A DNA stretch of 64,000 nucleotides. Origin: Setoptus koraiensis (Eukaryota > Animalia > Arthropoda). The stretch is from positions 13,640,001-13,704,000 of the forward strand of contig CM106585.1 in assembly GCA_048013815.1 (NCBI GenBank). The letters are read 5' to 3'. Within the stretch, counting starts at the first letter, position 1. Every line of letters begins with the position of its first letter. Both the position numbers and the translations under genes were made by a program. The notes under the pieces were generated by a model. It saw only the letters and a program-made list of their open reading frames with translations, ran no database searches and was not told the DNA's origin. This document shows, one piece after another, positions 59,601 to 64,000 of this stretch.

Positions 59601-61703
59601 GACCGCATTTTATTGCGCTTGCTGTTGAAGGTGCTTTGTTCCTTGTAGTAAATGTCATAATTGAGTGCGCTCGATTCGGGTCGTTCTCCTCATTGAAACC
59701 ATCATTTAGTAATAATAGTCGAGCGAATACAAGCACAATGCATCAAGACAATTTCCTTGAGGATGAAGATGTAGCTGAGGAGCGCAAAAGAATAATGACA
59801 TCATGCGAGCATTATTTATCTAATCAACTTGAGCTGCTCAATATGAATATGGCCACGACTAATAATTTGGTGTCGACAATATTGAATCAAGCGAATAGCG
59901 ATGACGACATTCTCAAAGTTGTTGGTGTAACAAAAGTGTTCTACAGCCGAAGTTTGACTTCCGATAGACCTGCTGTGAATGACGTCAGTTTTGGTCTACC
60001 CAAAGGCCAGGTGAGTTTATCATGATGACAACTTGTCAATACAATTTATAATTTTCTACTAATTTCTAACTCTTGCGTTACTTTTATATTGTTTATCAAC
60101 AGTGCTTCGGTCTATTAGGGGTGAATGGTGCCGGCAAAACAACTCTCTTCCGTATGCTCACTGGCCAGATTATACCAACTTCCGGTCAAGCTGTTATAAA
60201 TGGGTGCGATATCAAGAGTTTGCTTTCAACTAACTATCAGCATCTGGGCTATTGTCCTCAAGCTGACGCTCTTGATATGGTTCTATCTCCATTACAACAT
60301 TTACAAATATACGCCGAATTGAGAGGAATTCCATCGGATAAAGTGAAAAAGGTAAGGAACGTTGCTGACTATCTCTTCAGCTCATTGTAAATTTAATGTG
60401 AGAAGAAAATAATCAGACTATTCCTTGCCAATTTTTCCTTGTTTTAGATTGTTCGTGAATCATTAGTCGAATTCCAACTGGTTCGCTACGCTCGCATGCC
60501 AGTAAGCTCATTAAGTAGAGGAACAAGGCGTAAATTATGTTTAGCAATAGCTATGCTCGGTGATCCGCAGATAATTCTTCTCGTAAGTAGCTAGATATAT
60601 TTTGTTTTCGTGATAAACGTTTGTTTGTATTTCCATGACAGATATTCTAACATTCCTGTATTCTTTTTCTCACGAAATTGTATAAACTCTAGGATGAACC
60701 CACCAGTGGTATGGACCCAATGAGTAGACGCTGTCTATGGCGTACAATACAGAGAGCAATAAGAGATCAGCGATCAGTTTTGCTGACATCTCACAGTATG
60801 GAGGAATGTGACGCTCTTTGCTCTAGATTAGCAATAATGGTGAACGGCCGATTCAGATGCTTGGGTTCGCCACAGAACCTCAAACATAAGTAAGTTGAGA
60901 AAATTATTATTGTAATTTGCATTAATCGTTCGATCCTCAGAAGACAACTGACTGATTGCCTCTTCTGAATTTTTTGCACACACATGATTACAAAATGTAG
61001 GTTTGGCTCCGGATATACGATAACATTAAGATTGACTGGTGGAATACAAGCTAATCTCAACGAGGCAGTTCTATTCATGACACATTATTTCCCATCGTGT
61101 ACACTGCGAGCTCATCATCATAATATGCTCGAGTTCAGTCTACCAAATAACGATATACCGCTCTCTAGTATATTTGAATATCTCAAGGTTGCTAGCGAGA
61201 GATTGAACCTAGCCGATTTCTATGTCAGTCAGACATCTCTCGATCAGGTAAGTACAATGATAGTGATGAGAATGAATTGCAAAGAACCACCAGAACTTTG
61301 TTCGGAGCAAATCTAACTAAAACATCTCTTCTTCCTATTCACAAATCAACAGGTTTTTGTGAACTTTGCTAGTCAACAATCTTCAGATCTCAACGATACA
61401 GCTGTGGGTAGTGCAGTATCGTCAATAAGTGTAAATATGGGCACCAACTCTCAGAAACCAGTTCAACCATCGATGAACGTTAGCAAGATCAGCAAAGAAA
61501 TCCAGCAACTCCAAACTAGTGGCTCGCTCACCAATATGGGATACATGAATAGATCCAATGTAATAGTCAAGTCCAATGATGAATCCAGATCCTCGGATAT
61601 ACCTATGACCAGATATATTCCAGTGATATCAAGCGAGGCTGTCGGCAACACAAATATGGCATTTGTCATGGATAGAAGCGATAGGGTTAGAAGAAAAGTC
61701 TAG
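44654..61703 (+). CDS. Giant ABCA full transporter (~5,510 aa), ABCA12/ABCA13-like, 6 exons
   Basis: Exons 44654..60010, 60103..60351, 60448..60582, 60693..60889, 61001..61247, 61353..61703, all GT-AG and in frame. ABCA N-terminus ([12 protein letters not shown]...EIFWP; MPSAG...FLQSLVCN), NBD1 [26 protein letters not shown]2 [32 protein letters not shown]. Confidence 0.95.
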
Positions 61704-63046
61704 TTGATCATCTACTACCATCGTTCCAAATAGCAATGATGATGATAGAAATCAACTATCTAATGATTAGAGTGCTCAACTGTATATGTAACTATAATTA
61801 TCATCACAAATGCTAAAGGATATGCTGTCATGGTATTGCAATATCAAATCTTTGTATCCTATCGGATTCTACCAATGTCAGTCAAAGTCAGCAAAAGGCA
61901 ATTACTAGTCAGCTTAATTTACCGAGAATGAATATTTTGTCTATCCAAGATGAATATTGGAATTTGTTAATCAAACAAGATCTTTCGCATTTGTCTCACC
62001 ATCTCTCATCAAAAATCTCACAGTATTCAAAAGATATAAGAATTCCAGATGCCAAATATTTATCTAGTAAAGCAGCAAGTTCTGCCAGACTGATTGGAGG
62101 GTGCAAAAATGCAGGTTGATGTCTCAGAAATTGGGTGGGGAGGATCGTTCAACAAACTAAGGAGATGTTTTTTGCTCGCAGAAACCAATTTGACCAACAT
62201 GTAAATGTGCATTATTGCAACACTAGTAGGGCAGATCGCCATTTATTATTGTATCGTTATCCTCTGAACTCATGTCGATTACTACTCAACATAAATGTAA
62301 ATGTATGTTGTGTCTCATGTGATAATTATACTATTTCGTTGAATTAATTTCGAATAATGTACGTCAGCACTAACAGATTGTGTTGATATTACCAGAGTTT
62401 AAATATAGTTATTTAATGTAATTCTATTTTCTTAACGCTAACATTGTTTGGTTGAAGTTAATTTAGTAATTTTCATTCTATTGTTATAATTTATATTATT
62501 TTCATGATATTGTCTGTGTAAGTGTTACAAGTTTGTCTAACTTAATGTCTATTCGGGCCCACTACTGCTATTTTCGTGCTCCATCTAGATTAATTTAGCG
62601 GTAATTTACAATGGTCTAGTTATATCTATAAATAGTTCAATCAATCAATCACTTTGATGTATTTATATTCCCATTATAGATAGACTACCATTTAAGTATT
62701 CCAGGTATGTATTTGTACCGAATCTTGTACATGTCGATCTGATGTTGATTTAATGTTCAGATGTGCTCACCTCATATCTAGTAATTAGTCAAATTATGAC
62801 TGACCTGCTGGCTGTTACTTCAGTTTGATGCGATTCTTCTTTTGCTGTCACTGTGTCATTTGGATGATTTCTAGAGATTTTATCTATTAGATCCTCTTCG
62901 TTAGGCTTTTACACGATAATAACGATAACAAATTATATAAGATGATTAATAGCATATCTTATTTGTTTGATACTGGCTGCCCTCTGTGCAATTACAACCA
63001 ACTATGAACTATACACAATTGCCACTCATCATTAGTTATATGATAT

Positions 63047-63280
63047 ATGTGTATCAGCTCGATTGGATGTTGTATTTTCGTCTATTTGTTCACTACTTTG
63101 GTCGTGGTTAGATGCACAATAGAATTCTATCATGGTTATACTCTTCCATTAGTAGAAAGTTTGATGAACACAACGGTCGCAACACTGCCAGACATTGGAT
63201 TTGCGGTTAGACTCCTGAGTCAGTTGCTCAAACATCGTGATCACAGTTATTGGACAGGTATTGTTATGTATTCCACGTGA
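63047..63280 (+). CDS. Possible first exon or small ORF with a hydrophobic N-terminus, unknown
   Basis: MCISSIGCCIFVYLFTTLVVVRC looks like a signal peptide, and a possible donor ACAG|gtattg lies near the end. No convincing downstream exon was found. Confidence 0.2.
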   Translation: MCISSIGCCIFVYLFTTLVVVRCTIEFYHGYTLPLVESLMNTTVATLPDIGFAVRLLSQLLKHRDHSYWTGIVMYST

Positions 63281-64000
63281 GCGGAGGAAAACAAGATCGT
63301 TGAACCCGTTTATTTACAAACTGGAGACTCACCGGGTCATTCGCAAGAGGACCCATTGAGACAAATAGAAACTCGTTAGGCATGACGACTAATGTTCGAG
63401 AGGGAGCATTGAGAGCAGGCGAACACTATCGTTATGATAGTGTAATAATGTGGACGCCGCACGCAATCACAAACTCATAATTTGAATCATGAACGTGCGC
63501 GCTAGCCGGATATATACGATATGGGAACTGAACCGGAAGTTGATAACAAGACACATAACGTGTTACACTCACTTGTTAGGTTAAGCAATGAGTTGCACAT
63601 ACGCTTTATATCAGCACACATCTCTTGTACTCGTATATATGAAATAATCGCATAAGTCAGTCCTAACAGATTACAAACTCAATATTCATTACATCTGACT
63701 ACAAATAGCCGAACCGTAGCAACACGACGAGCATATTGTATTAGTCGGGTAATATTTTTCAAATATTGATTCTTTTCTGCTTTGGTTCGGACGCGTTGTT
63801 TTCGGCCGGCTCACGCACTTGCGGTATGTCAGCCTTTGGGAACGTGCTAACTTTCTATTAATAAAAATACAAAAATCGGGACGATAGATTCAAAAGTTTA
63901 AAACATTGTGTGAAATCAAATAAATATACAGCTCGCGCAGAGCCCACTGAATACTAAACGATGTTTAAGGGTTGCTCCTGGCAACCTTAGAAAACACGCA

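Overview
Eukaryotic (GT-AG introns), gene-dense, very intron-poor arthropod DNA with one 500-N gap. The troponin I type, a chelicerate-style secreted peptide and many long intronless genes suggest a mite, possibly an eriophyoid; this is inference. Genes recognised: CNRIP1-like, troponin I, WDR59, HIP1/Sla2, cystathionine gamma-lyase, Nup133, HAT1, an INO80E-like ORF, SCYL2, a stand-alone INO80 N-terminal fragment, PRL phosphatase, a multi-EGF membrane protein, TRIT1, RpS11, myosin regulatory light chain (sqh) and a ~5,500-aa ABCA transporter with a 15.4-kb first coding exon. The most striking unexplained structure is a pair of mirrored upstream modules. A ~550-bp inverted duplication sits just upstream of both RpS11 and sqh. 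An older ~210-bp inverted module sits upstream of both Nup133 and HAT1. Together they suggest repeated promoter or 5'UTR capture between unrelated neighbours. An unannotated dual-guide C/D snoRNA lies in RpS11 intron 2. Homologue comparisons are from memory; no database searches were run.
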